A DNA stretch of 34,782 nucleotides, taken from contig MRSU01000015.1 in the NCBI GenBank assembly GCA_008369845.1, positions 1 to 34,782 on the forward strand, written 5' to 3'. This stretch comes from Trichomonas gallinae (taxonomy: Eukaryota). How positions within the stretch are numbered: position 1 is the stretch's first letter; each line of letters opens with the position of its first letter. The notes beneath the pieces are model-generated. The model was not told where the DNA came from. It saw only the letters and a list, made by a program, of their open reading frames with translations, and ran no database searches. The translations under genes and the position numbers were made by a program. Positions 20,879-31,400 of the stretch are shown here, one piece after another.

Positions 20879-21771
20879 ATGAGTTCTATCATTGATATAC
20901 CGCAACTCGTGAGCGATTGTAAAGATTTTCATGAAAATTAGCCAAAAATATGATAAACATGTTTGTAATTATTAGAAACAAATAAGACTATAGAGAAAAC
21001 ATCGAATATTTTGATGAAATAATTTCCACATTAGATAATCTAAAAGGAATCGACTTCATATATCGGATATAAAATAGATATGTAGTAATGGAGTGTACCA
21101 TTAAGTTCGGAGATGAACTCGCCCTTGGTTATTTTTATAGTCAATATTTATCATAATTTTAAACCAAAATAGATGCAAGTAGATTTTAATGTAAAATTTA
21201 TATCTAAATATTTAATTGTTAGACTCAAACTACAAGTTGTCTTCTAAATATAATTCTAATCTTTTAGATGGAGTCTATCTTTTGTGGTACAATGCTGAGA
21301 CATTCATGGCTCTGAGAAAGTTCAACGCAGCTGAAGATAAGTTTTTCCACGATGTGATCTAAATTCTCGTAAACTTTACAAAACTCTTTCTCAACGGACA
21401 ACCATACTATATCTTTCATAATAAGTTCTCGAACGACAGAATCACACATTAAACTCTATATAAACCGTTTTGCATAAAGTCTTCTTCTAATGCAGCTCTA
21501 AAAACGTTCAAATATGAGTTCTTTATACCATCGAATTTGAAAGAATGTGTATCACCAGCCTGAACGACTCGCGAGACAATTGGATGAATCTATAATAGTT
21601 GTATCATGTTCTGACAATAGTGATTATTTGAACAGTTTTAATAACACATTTATCATTGTTATTATGAAATATCATAAAAGCATCGATTATATAGTATCCT
21701 TCATTTGGCAAAATAATGATGATGGTAATCTGTTTTGTCTTTCTTGGGAGAGTAATGTTGAACACTACTAA
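20879..21771 (+). pseudogene. Possible heavily decayed coding remnant
   Basis: Protein-like fragments on one strand broken by stops and frame changes: MSSIIDIPQLVSDCKDFHEN*, DYRENIEYFDEIISTLDNLKGIDFIYRI*NRYVVMECTIKFGDELALGYFY, LDGVYLLWYNAETFMALRKFNAAEDKFFHDVI*, and ORF 21547-21771. No family recognised. Confidence 0.3.
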
Positions 21772-22106
21772 AACGATATTTTTGTAAATATTTGATGTGA
21801 AAAGACTTTTTATACTATGATATATGAGCAAATAAGGCAGCAACAATAATATTAAAGTGAATAATGTTTGGCGTTGCATAATAACCTTATTCCCCTTTAT
21901 TATTTTTTTACACCCTATAATTTTCGAAAAATATTCAAGTTCTTTCTTCATTCATTACTTAAGCTTATGAAAGGCAGAAACAATCAATATTGCAGATATG
22001 TATCCTATATGACAGCATACATCATATATAGTTAAAGCTAATGACCAAACCCAACAAATTCTCGATAAATTGAACCACAACAAAAAAACATTAATTATTT
22101 GAATTA

Positions 22107-22122
22107 TTTGACATATGTCAAA
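22107..22122. promoter_or_regulatory. Perfect 16-bp palindrome TTTGACATATGTCAAA upstream of the USP gene
   Basis: Self-complementary, about 105 nt before ATG 22228, and followed by two more TGTCA (TTGTCACCTGTCAG, ~22137-22150). Confidence 0.5.
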
Positions 22123-22227
22123 AATTTTAAAATTTTTTGTCACCTGTCAGAATTTTTTGGTAAAAACTTTTGTTTTTATTTGCAATGAGTTTATTGGTGC
22201 TGATTTTAGGTCGAATTCAGATTTTTG

Positions 22228-24180
22228 ATGGATGAATCTTTAGGTGGTGGCATCATTAATCTCTCGAATACTTGTTATTTGTCATGCACGCTGCAGATCC
22301 TATTAAGATACAACCCATTTGTTAAGCTGATGGAAGATTATGCCCAAAAATACAAAGATATTCGAATATTTAAAATTATTGCTGATCTGGCAAACAAACA
22401 GCGCATTCAACATACACCATTGAATCCAGAACCACTTACATCGTATTTAAACATCGATGTAGCTAAGCAACAAGATATTAATGAATTTCTCGCCTATTTG
22501 ATTAACTATCTTATCGAAAAACTGCCAAAAGACGATCAAAAACCTCTAATCGACATGTTCAGCTGCAAATTATACAATTCAACAGGAAAACCAAATGAAC
22601 AAATAATTATTTACGAAATTCCTGTCGATCAAAAGCTCACAGTTGATGAGGCACTCAAAAAATCCTTAGATACAAATGGTGAGCGCTTTTCTCGCCCTCC
22701 AAACGTTTTTTTCCTGCAATTGCATAGATTATATTTCAATAAAATGACTAAAACACAGTACAAACGATCAGATCCGATGAAAATTCCTACAAGTATCGAC
22801 TTATCTTCATATGGGGGCCGTCTTTATCACATGGCGGGAGTTGTTCAGCACATTGGCACAAGTGTCTACGGACACTACAGGATTGGCATCCAGGACTCGC
22901 ATGGTTGGATGATAGCGAACGATAGATACGTACGCAGATCAACAATAGAAGAGATTATGATTTCATCAATATCTGCAAACACACCAGCATACTTATTAGC
23001 ATTCGTTTCAGACTTATCTGACATAGCTGTTTTAAGGAAAGTTGTTGAAAAAGATGTAATTGAAGTAAATGGTCCATTTGTTGCCCAAATCACAACAATT
23101 GGTGATATTAAATGCGCATTTGCGTATAAAGAAGACATAGAACCACACAATGAAGACCAATCCATTGAAGTAATCATTCAGCCATTCAATCAATCTTCGA
23201 TGGAATTTGGAGAGCCAGATAAGCTTCTGTTTTCTACGAAAGAAGAAGCATTGATGTCAATAGATCAGTTTAGAGCTGATAACCAGACAGAAATGGTCTT
23301 TGGCTACGATAAACAAGTTTTTTCTTCATCAATTCCCGAAAATTTTGGCGAGCTTTCAATTCCGCTCTACATCATGGTGCAAAACTCATCATACAGAAGG
23401 TTTATTCACGATCCTTTCTCAAAAAGCATCGTTAAAGTTATATATATTATTGAGCACACTCCATTATCGTTTTCTACAGCTTTTTATGGTCAACAAAACA
23501 TTAGTGAACTCACAGACTACTGCAACAAGTACATGCACAGCGTTTTCGACTCAGTTTCAGATTATTCGGTCATGATCGAATATTATAACAATTATTTAGC
23601 GCGGCCATGTCACAAAATACACATTTCAAAAATAATGAACAGCGACAAATTGATTGTCCACGTTTATCCATCTACATCCTCTTATCTTTCGCGCAACCCG
23701 AAGTCTTTCATTCCGATAAAAATACACAGGCAGAACAACCCGGCCGATGTATACAAGACCATCGAGTTCCCCGTCCGCGTGAATGCGCGGATGTCGCACA
23801 TATTGAAGGCCTGCTTCTGCGAGGAAGTGAACTGCAGGCTGTTCCAGGTTAGGTCGGAAGCCTTCGCAGAGGAAATCAAAGATCCGATCTTCCAAAACGT
23901 TCTATATAGTTCTCAGCCTGATCTGCGTCTGGTGATGAATGCAGACAGAAGCACGTCGCTGTTTGCCGTATATATGGACGGATCTTACGTTGAGAACTTC
24001 TTCTATAATGTGCCCGACTCATTTGAAAAACTTCATGAATCTATTAAACCGTTTGTCGCGTTCAGCAATTTCACCATAACATTCCATGGAATTGGCGTGC
24101 AGCCAACTTCAGAAGGGAATCCACTGGATCTCGTCACCAAATGTGAGGGAGATTTCTATTTTTCTATAGAGAGTTGTTAA
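22228..24180 (+). CDS. Ubiquitin-specific protease (peptidase C19), 650 aa
   Basis: Cys box GIINLSNTCYLSCTLQ, QQDINEFL, FFLQLHR, His box VVQHIGTSVYGHY and WMIANDRYV. Catalytic Cys/His/Asn-Asp are present. About 390 aa unrecognised C-terminal extension. First ATG is 22228. Confidence 0.93.
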   Translation: MDESLGGGIINLSNTCYLSCTLQILLRYNPFVKLMEDYAQKYKDIRIFKIIADLANKQRIQHTPLNPEPLTSYLNIDVAKQQDINEFLAYLINYLIEKLPKDDQKPLIDMFSCKLYNSTGKPNEQIIIYEIPVDQKLTVDEALKKSLDTNGERFSRPPNVFFLQLHRLYFNKMTKTQYKRSDPMKIPTSIDLSSYGGRLYHMAGVVQHIGTSVYGHYRIGIQDSHGWMIANDRYVRRSTIEEIMISSISANTPAYLLAFVSDLSDIAVLRKVVEKDVIEVNGPFVAQITTIGDIKCAFAYKEDIEPHNEDQSIEVIIQPFNQSSMEFGEPDKLLFSTKEEALMSIDQFRADNQTEMVFGYDKQVFSSSIPENFGELSIPLYIMVQNSSYRRFIHDPFSKSIVKVIYIIEHTPLSFSTAFYGQQNISELTDYCNKYMHSVFDSVSDYSVMIEYYNNYLARPCHKIHISKIMNSDKLIVHVYPSTSSYLSRNPKSFIPIKIHRQNNPADVYKTIEFPVRVNARMSHILKACFCEEVNCRLFQVRSEAFAEEIKDPIFQNVLYSSQPDLRLVMNADRSTSLFAVYMDGSYVENFFYNVPDSFEKLHESIKPFVAFSNFTITFHGIGVQPTSEGNPLDLVTKCEGDFYFSIESC

Positions 24181-24664
24181 TAAAATCTATCATATTAATT
24201 AAAAAAAAAAATATTGACCAGTGTTTATTCTTGAAACGAATTAATGAGTCATTGTTTATTATCTAGAAACTGTGAGAAAAAATTGGGCAATGACCGTTTT
24301 CTGAAGCCCAAACCAATGTAATATTATCAACAACACCCCATCATTAAAATGACCGCCCCGCTAAATACCTATTTTGGTTTAAAGCATTCACAGGCTGTTA
24401 TTCAACACTTGTTGTGCCACTGATGTTAATAAAATTTGCAATTTTTCGAATATTGCACAAATTATCTATTCTGGTTTTAAAATTAGCATTTACATCAATA
24501 ATACCAGCAAAATATCAAATTTAATTTTGGAAGAGGAAGAGAAAAATTATTCTTAAAATCATAAAATGTCGAAATAATTCATAATTTTAAAACAGCTTTG
24601 GTAGTTTTATAGATTGCATCAATTAAAATAATCGTCAAAATTGGTGTCAAAAAACATAATTTGT

Positions 24665-24799
24665 CATGTAAATACCACGTAAAGTTTTGAAAATTATGAT
24701 TTTTGCCATGTAACGTATTGAATATTTTTAACATGATAATTCTTTAGATAGTTATAAAAAAAAATATTCTGACACGTAAATAATAAATTTTTGTCATTT
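24665..24799 (+). promoter_or_regulatory. Cluster of four CAYGTAA motifs followed by TGTCATTT (Inr-like) upstream of the BRCT gene
   Basis: CATGTAA 24665-24671, CACGTAA 24676-24682, CATGTAA 24707-24713, CACGTAA 24773-24779, and TCATTT 24794-24799. Confidence 0.5.
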
Positions 24800-24827
24800 A
24801 ACCTTATTAAGGTGACCGTTTATTTAA

Positions 24828-25922
24828 ATGCGGTTTTTGTGGATTTCTCCTCTTCTTAAGCCAGAGGAGAAGAATCAAATCGAAGAAATCGCGAAACAGT
24901 TCTTCCCTGGCGCTAGAATTACCCAGGAGAAAGAGATCTCTCAAGTTCACGTTCTGAAGCAAAATGAAGTCGCGTTAGTCTACAAACCATCGGCAGTTTC
25001 GCTTTCTCCTCTGGCATTCAAGCAATGTACGAAACATGGAATCGATCCGTTTGAATGGAATTTCCCTACAAAGACAAGAATGAATTTCTTTCTACGAAAT
25101 AAAAGGATAGTGCTAATTGGATTCGATGAACATACAAAGCGCCACATCACACATATGATTCATCAGATGGATGGTACAGTTTGTGGTGCAGATTCTTACG
25201 CAGATTACGCAATATCTCCAAAGCAGATTAAAGTGAAAGATAGACCCGACTGCACCGTTGTATCCTCAAACTGGATTGAAGCTTTGTATGTTTCAAACTT
25301 TTTAATCGACTTTTCTCAATTTACATTCAACAAGAAAAACATTAAAGCAAAAACAACTCCGAATTCCAAGAAAATCAACGCAATTAAGAGCCCACGAGAG
25401 ATAGCAAAAGAATTAGAAAGCAAGAAAAAGGAAGAAATTGTGCTAAAATTGCAATTAAAGGAAAAGACGCCAGACATCATGGCATTCTTTACACAAAAGG
25501 AAATACCAGAGAAAGGAGTGCAAAAATCCACAAAAATTATCAAATCTCCACTAAAAAACATCAAAAATCCACTTCCTGACAATCCTTTCCAGCAACCAAA
25601 TACAGATACAATGCAGATAGACAAATTCCTCGAGAATAAAGACAATAAGACAATAAATTCTCCATCAAATTCACCAAATCAGTCTCCCCGAGCAGCTTTT
25701 CAAAAGATCTGCAAGAATATCACGAATTTAACTGTAACAGATACCAAAAATTCAAATAATAAAACATTGTACTCACTTTTCGAGAAATGCGTTCAATTCA
25801 CGCAAAACCTTGACAGTGATCTTGAGTTATCCGATGAAATAAGCCTCGATGAAGCCGGACACTCTCAAGTCAATGACATGTATTCGCAGGACACAGATCC
25901 GCTAATGTTAGCTTTAGAATAA
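24828..25922 (+). CDS. BRCT-domain protein, 364 aa
   Basis: FLRNKRIVLIGF...ITHMIHQMDGTV...ADYAIS...VVSSNWIEAL matches the BRCT pattern (beta1, Gly turn, V-x-x-x-W-I). The C-terminal half is disordered, with SP/TP and SQ/TQ sites. Confidence 0.7.
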   Translation: MRFLWISPLLKPEEKNQIEEIAKQFFPGARITQEKEISQVHVLKQNEVALVYKPSAVSLSPLAFKQCTKHGIDPFEWNFPTKTRMNFFLRNKRIVLIGFDEHTKRHITHMIHQMDGTVCGADSYADYAISPKQIKVKDRPDCTVVSSNWIEALYVSNFLIDFSQFTFNKKNIKAKTTPNSKKINAIKSPREIAKELESKKKEEIVLKLQLKEKTPDIMAFFTQKEIPEKGVQKSTKIIKSPLKNIKNPLPDNPFQQPNTDTMQIDKFLENKDNKTINSPSNSPNQSPRAAFQKICKNITNLTVTDTKNSNNKTLYSLFEKCVQFTQNLDSDLELSDEISLDEAGHSQVNDMYSQDTDPLMLALE

Positions 25923-26125
25923 ATTTTGTTTTGTTTGTTTGTTTTTCCATTAAAGCATTTTTACGTCAAATAGCCATGAAAACATAATTATTAAGATTTT
26001 GATAATTTGAATTGATAATTTAATAATAATAAAAATAGCTCATATATACATATATTGTATAGTAATGCTAATATTTTTATTGATTTTTTCAAATCCAATA
26101 ATAATTCATGATCAATATAAAATAA

Positions 26126-26474
26126 TTACCAACTATCTCCACGATATTTATTCCTCCAAGCGTTATAATATGCATGGATGATAACAACGAGATCAACAAA
26201 AGCAAAAATTCCAGCCAAAGTCACTTGACTTATGAAAAGTGCTTTGCTCCTCCTTCGGCTCTTTATAGCAAGAGAAAGAGTAGTAGTCGAGTGTTATATG
26301 TCTCAGAATCATCTTCTTTGGGTCCTGCAACGGTGAACAAACAAATTGTTGTCTGTTGATAGAAATTTCATTTTTCGAATAAAGTGGATATGATTTGATT
26401 TTGTATGAATAGCAGATATCTCGTTGAGGCCAACCTTTAGATCTCAACATTCCAATAAAAATTGCATTAATCAT
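26126..26474 (-). pseudogene. Small type-I membrane-protein-like gene with one apparent frameshift
   Basis: From ATG 26474: MINAIFIGMLRS (signal-like) and a Cys-containing ectodomain to ...KEPKEEQSTFH. An overlapping frame supplies QVTLAGIFAFVDLVVIIHAYY (TM-like) then NAWRNKYRGDSW-TAA at 26128-26126. Confidence 0.35.
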
Positions 26475-26776
26475 ATTGTTGCATACAAATAAGTTCTTAT
26501 TGTTAGATTTAGAATTTCTAGATGTACAGTGAGGCTGTTTGTTTTGCTCCTCCTGTCTCCTTCTGCACACAATTGCCTTCATTTAGGTTTAGACATTTTT
26601 GTATGTCTTCGATTTCAAGAATAGAGAGACTCAAATTAGAACAAATGACAAGGGAGTTCAAGCTATGTATCATATCATCAATAACAAAAAATCAATGATT
26701 CAAGCGGAGAATGTTCTTTTTGATATTGTTACAAATTATTATTTTTAAATGCGACTCTATCGTTCGAATCAAATAA

Positions 26777-27784
26777 TTAACAGATCATGAAAATAAAAAC
26801 AAAGATACTCAACTTGCTGTAACATGGAATGTTTTGACAAATTGTTATGCAATTTTTGTAAGTAGGGAACAAGTTATCAACGTCGAATAAATTTTGAATA
26901 TTAGGAACTTCAAAATCCACAAAACTGTCACGGGGCGATTCAGAAACGACTTTTCCATTATTTTCCTCAGCATATGGATTTGAAACATAACAGTCGTAAA
27001 GAGTAATAATCTTTTGTATTCCTGTGAGTCCTATAACTTCAAACATTATATTTGTCCCCGCAAAGTTATCCAAAAAATTACTGTCAGAAAAGTTAAAATT
27101 TGGAGGTGCATAAATTATTGCTCTTTCACTCACAGTATTGTTGATGACATTTGAATAGTTCATCACACCAACCGCTTTAGAATTGAATACACAAATCATG
27201 TCGATTGCAGCTGAATTGTTTCGTATATTGGTAAATTCTGTCATCATCAAATCTGCGGAATTCATGCTAAAGCCGCCGTGTTGCCCATTTTGACAGAAAG
27301 TGACATTGGCGGACTTTATTTGACAGATTCCATTGACGAAATATATTGGTGCTAATGAAGCAGCTTTTCCAAATGAAACCGATGATTTGTGAAAATAGTT
27401 TTTATTCCAATTTGCTGATGTTATATCTGAGTATGAATGAGAGCCATGTCTTTGTGAAAAGCATGAATCAGAAAGTATTTTATTTTGTACAATAAGTCCT
27501 AATGAGTGGAAGTATATCGCACCACCATCAGAGGCACTTGAACAGCGATAGAATCTGCAAACTTCAATCAATAATTTTGATATAGACGTTGAATTTAAAC
27601 AATATATAGCTCGATCATTTAGCTTCGAGAAAATAGTATTGCTTATATAGCTATTTTTGTTACTTGCAATATGGAATGTTTTGAATGCATTATAAAATCC
27701 TTGCGATGATATACTATCATCACCAAAATAATCATCCCAATCTCTATGACCATATAATATATCACAAAGGTCCTGTTTTAGTAT
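26777..27784 (-). pseudogene. Right-handed beta-helix-like (GGAI-motif) surface/secreted family protein lacking an intact start
   Basis: The frame is open from 27784, 71 codons beyond the ORF-track TTG (ILKQDLCDILYGHRDWDDYFG...NSYISNTIFSKLNDRAIY...). Contains FYRCSSASDGGAIYF, Asn-ladder repeats (SNVINNT, SNFLDNF) and a hydrophobic C-terminus SIFVFIFMIC. The nearest upstream in-frame ATG (27832) is cut off by two TAA. Confidence 0.6.
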
Positions 27785-27821
27785 TTATAATATTTGGAAA
27801 AAACGTAAAAATTATATTAAC

Positions 27822-27997
27822 AAAATTGACATGTAAACTGTCAAAACTGCATTTTTCTCAATAAGCTCCGACGGAAACTAGACTACAAGTGCAATACGTA
27901 CAGATGCGCAAACATCTGCGCATACTGCAGATTTTTCTTGCTGAAAAATTAAATATTGAACCGCTATGCAATTTTTCTGACTTTACATGTCAGTTTT
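27822..27997. repeat. ~176-bp segment bounded by imperfect inverted repeats (MITE-like or divergent-promoter element)
   Basis: Left arm AAAATTGACATGTAAACTGTCAAAACTGCAT; reverse complement of right arm AAAACTGACATGTAAAGTCAGAAAAATTGCAT. Central CAGATG-cgcaaa-CATCTG hairpin with two TGCGCA palindromes. Confidence 0.5.
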
Positions 27998-28406
27998 AAA
28001 AATTTAGAAGTCAAAACGTCACCTTTTAGGAATATATATTCCTTATACTAAATATTAGCTATAACATATGAATATTCATTTGAATTTTTGCCCAATTGAT
28101 GTAAATTCTTAGTTTTACCTTTTGATATAAGATATAAATATAAATATCGAAAATACATCAGTACACAAAACAGGAAAAGAAAATAATGAACTTTTAATTT
28201 CTTCCAATTTATTTTTATAGGCAAACACCATTTATTAATTAGCAAAAAGTGAAATGCATATAAGGACACATCGAATAGCACGATATCGCCGACTTTGAAA
28301 ACGATTATGGAGTAAAATTCAGGAGCGAAATTCTTCAGTCAAAGGCTCCGGCGGCTCTCGTGAAAACCCCAGAAAAGATGGGGGTCCGGAGTTGCCGGCA
28401 GTCCAT

Positions 28407-31400
28407 ATGAAAGTTGTGAAGAGAATTCGCAAGATTATACATAGAGATGGAACTCAGACAATTTTAGAAGTGACAAGAGAAAAACATCCTGTTACTAATG
28501 ATGAAAAAAACAGGATGGAAATCAAAGTTCCGCAAAATGAAACAAATCAACAGCAAAATACGCCTAGAAGAAATTCTATCTTGAAAGACCCTAAAAATTC
28601 GGACGGGTCTCATATACAATCAGGTGGTACTATTGATGGAACAAACTCCCCATCAACGTTTAATCCTTCTGGGCTCCCAACGAATATTGATAAATTAGAT
28701 CCTTCAGCAGAACGTTTTTATTCTCGCAATTCGCAAAAGGTTCATCCAGTTCATTCGGCGTCATCCCATTTACAGGATGATTCGGATAATGATCGATTTG
28801 AACCAATCGTTTTTACAAAGGATTCGAAGACTTACGATAAAGTTATTTATGACTTCGTATCAGAGAGTTCCTCCAACGACGAAGAGGACCCCAATAAAGT
28901 CATAGATGACAGATTTATTCGCTATGTTTCGCAAAAACGCTACGCAAACTCAACAGATATCAGAAAAGTGGTACAGTTCCAGCTGAAGGAGGGAATACAA
29001 ATGACACCAGCATTAAAAAGAATTAAACAAAATTATAATCATGGTCAATTTAACATTTTAAATACTCTCGACAAAAAGTCAAAGTCAATGGGCATAATAG
29101 AATGCAATGATATACCTCAAGTGCCTACAGAGAATAAGTGTAGGTCTGGGCCGATATCTTTTGACGATTTCGCCGTACAAATAAGTGAGAGCGCTTCCGA
29201 TGAACAGGAGGATGATTTACAAGCAACAATACAGATAGATGCGCCATCTTACAGCTTTAAATATAATCGAATTAAAAAACCAACGAAAATCTCATCGAAT
29301 TCAAGTGAATTATTCAGCAACGAGCCAGAATTTACAGATACTCCACAAATAATGCCGAAAAAGCGAAAATACAAGCCTCTATTTAAACCAAAAAAGCGTT
29401 TAGCAGCCGAATTGGAGCAGCCGAAAACCTTTCATAAACACCACCCGGGGCCTGCAACAGAGTTCAAAGGATCGCTTGAAATTCCCGATGATGAAACTTT
29501 CATAAAACGATTTGGTGCAATTCGTCCAAAACTTAAAGACGAGTTCGAAGAAACGGAGGATTTCAAGAAATCCGAAAGCTTCCCAGCATTCCTCGATCAG
29601 AGCAAGAATAGAAACGTTATTCAAATTGATGACAAATATTATGTCGAGAAAATCGAAGATGGATTCTTAACACGTGTCAGAGTCACCGCGGATGGTAGAA
29701 GGCTTGTATTAGTTTCGAAAGAAGAAAAGAAAAGATCTCCATCAAAAAAATTACAGAGAAAGAAATCGACATCATCAGCAGATAATATTAAATACGCAAT
29801 CAGTGATATTCCAAGCAGAGATTCCGAGCTATCTTTTGGAGGAATTTATCTTAGCGAAAGCAAAAGTTATAATCCAAATCCCAACTCTTCAGATAACGAC
29901 TTCAGACAATCATCGACAGAATACAGCTTATTGCCATCAATAAAAGAAGAGCCAATTAAAGAAATGAACGAAATCGAATTTCCAGATTTGGAATCAAAGC
30001 CAAACAAAACAGAACCAGGAACACCAGTCAATCCAAGTAAATCAGATTCAAAATCAGGAAGTGAAAAGTCGAAAGGAAAAAAGAGACATCGAAATTCTTT
30101 ACGAGAAAAATCAGAAGCAAAGAATCATGACCATAAGCCTAGAAGGAAATCTGATCACGTGCATCATCATCGCCGCAGATCTCGGACACATCACGATTCA
30201 TTTTCCGTTACGAGCTCAATAAACCAGGATTCTGAGGATACATCGGAGCTTGGTGTTCCTAGGCCAAGAATGATACCTCTTCCGCCAAATCCATCTTCAA
30301 GAAGCAATTTTAGCAAAAATACGAAGGACAGCAATGCTCAGAGCTCAGACAAGTTCTCATCATCTGTCCTAAACTCAAGGCACAACTCAGATTCGAATCC
30401 ATTATTATTAGATAAGCTTCATTCTTCTTCGCAGCCAAGCTCCAAAGAACCAATTCCACATCTTTCCCCCACTAGTGTTGAAAAATCTCCACTTTCCTTC
30501 GATAAAGATTCATCAACATTCGAGAAAGTCCTTCCGGACGCAATAATTGTGGAGAAAGTCTCATCACCGAAGTCTAAAGAAGAGAAATCGTCAAGTGCTC
30601 AAAAATCAAAGTCGAATTCAAAATCAAAAACAGGAAAGAAAGAAGAACAGAAGCCAAAAGACGCAAAGCCGAAAGAAGCCAAGAAGCACGAAACGAAACC
30701 AGTCAAGAAAGAAGAACACAAATCTCCATCTGTCAAAGAAGAAGACAGCAAGTCGCACAAACACGCGAAATCGAAGCTTCCAACACCTCCGCGCTCATTC
30801 CTCGACAGCCAGCCAGCGAACAACGACGAAGTCGAGAAATTCGAAGGTCGAAATCTAGATGAGTCGAACAGCCAGCAAATTGTCATTGCTCCAGCTCCTC
30901 CTCTTTCCGACGCGATTCTCAACGCCATACAGACACCACAGAACTACGAATCCAGCGAAGAACCACTTAAAATCGAACAACCGCCAAGAAAGAATTCGTC
31001 GTCAGAGTCATATGATTCCATCAGTAACCAAATTGCAGTCAACAACGACATCAACGTCAAGAAGATCTTCAACCTCGTTGTCGACTCGGAAACAGTCAAA
31101 CACAAGAGCTCAGAGAACAATATCGAAACGAACTCAGATGGAATCAAGAAGATCTCTGACTCAACGAAGACGAACGACGAGGAAATCAAGAACCAGTTCT
31201 CGTCGACAAAACTCAAGCGATCGTCAGGATCGAACAAAAGCGTCAGATTCCAGGTACTACCGACTCTGCCTAAAACTGTCACCGAAGACACCTCATCAAC
31301 AGAGGAAGAGACAGAGGAATACACAGTACAGGACTACAACTACATGAAGGAGAAGGTTGTCTTCGCTGAAGAGCCTGTAAACACGTCTGACACTAAGCCG

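Noticed and set aside
21604..22143. Minus-strand ORFs of 115 and 62 aa
   Set aside because: Ile/Lys/Phe-rich translations typical of AT-rich non-coding DNA.
27785..27814. TAA-to-Gln genetic code reassignment as in some other metamonads
   Set aside because: Actin, flippase, cyclase, USP, BRCT and the 2-kaa gene all end in TAA, and the long ORFs contain no in-frame TAA/TAG.
28028..28079. Palindromes AGGAATATATATTCCT and ATGAATATTCAT
   Set aside because: AT-dinucleotide-centred palindromes are common by chance, and neither recurs elsewhere in the window.
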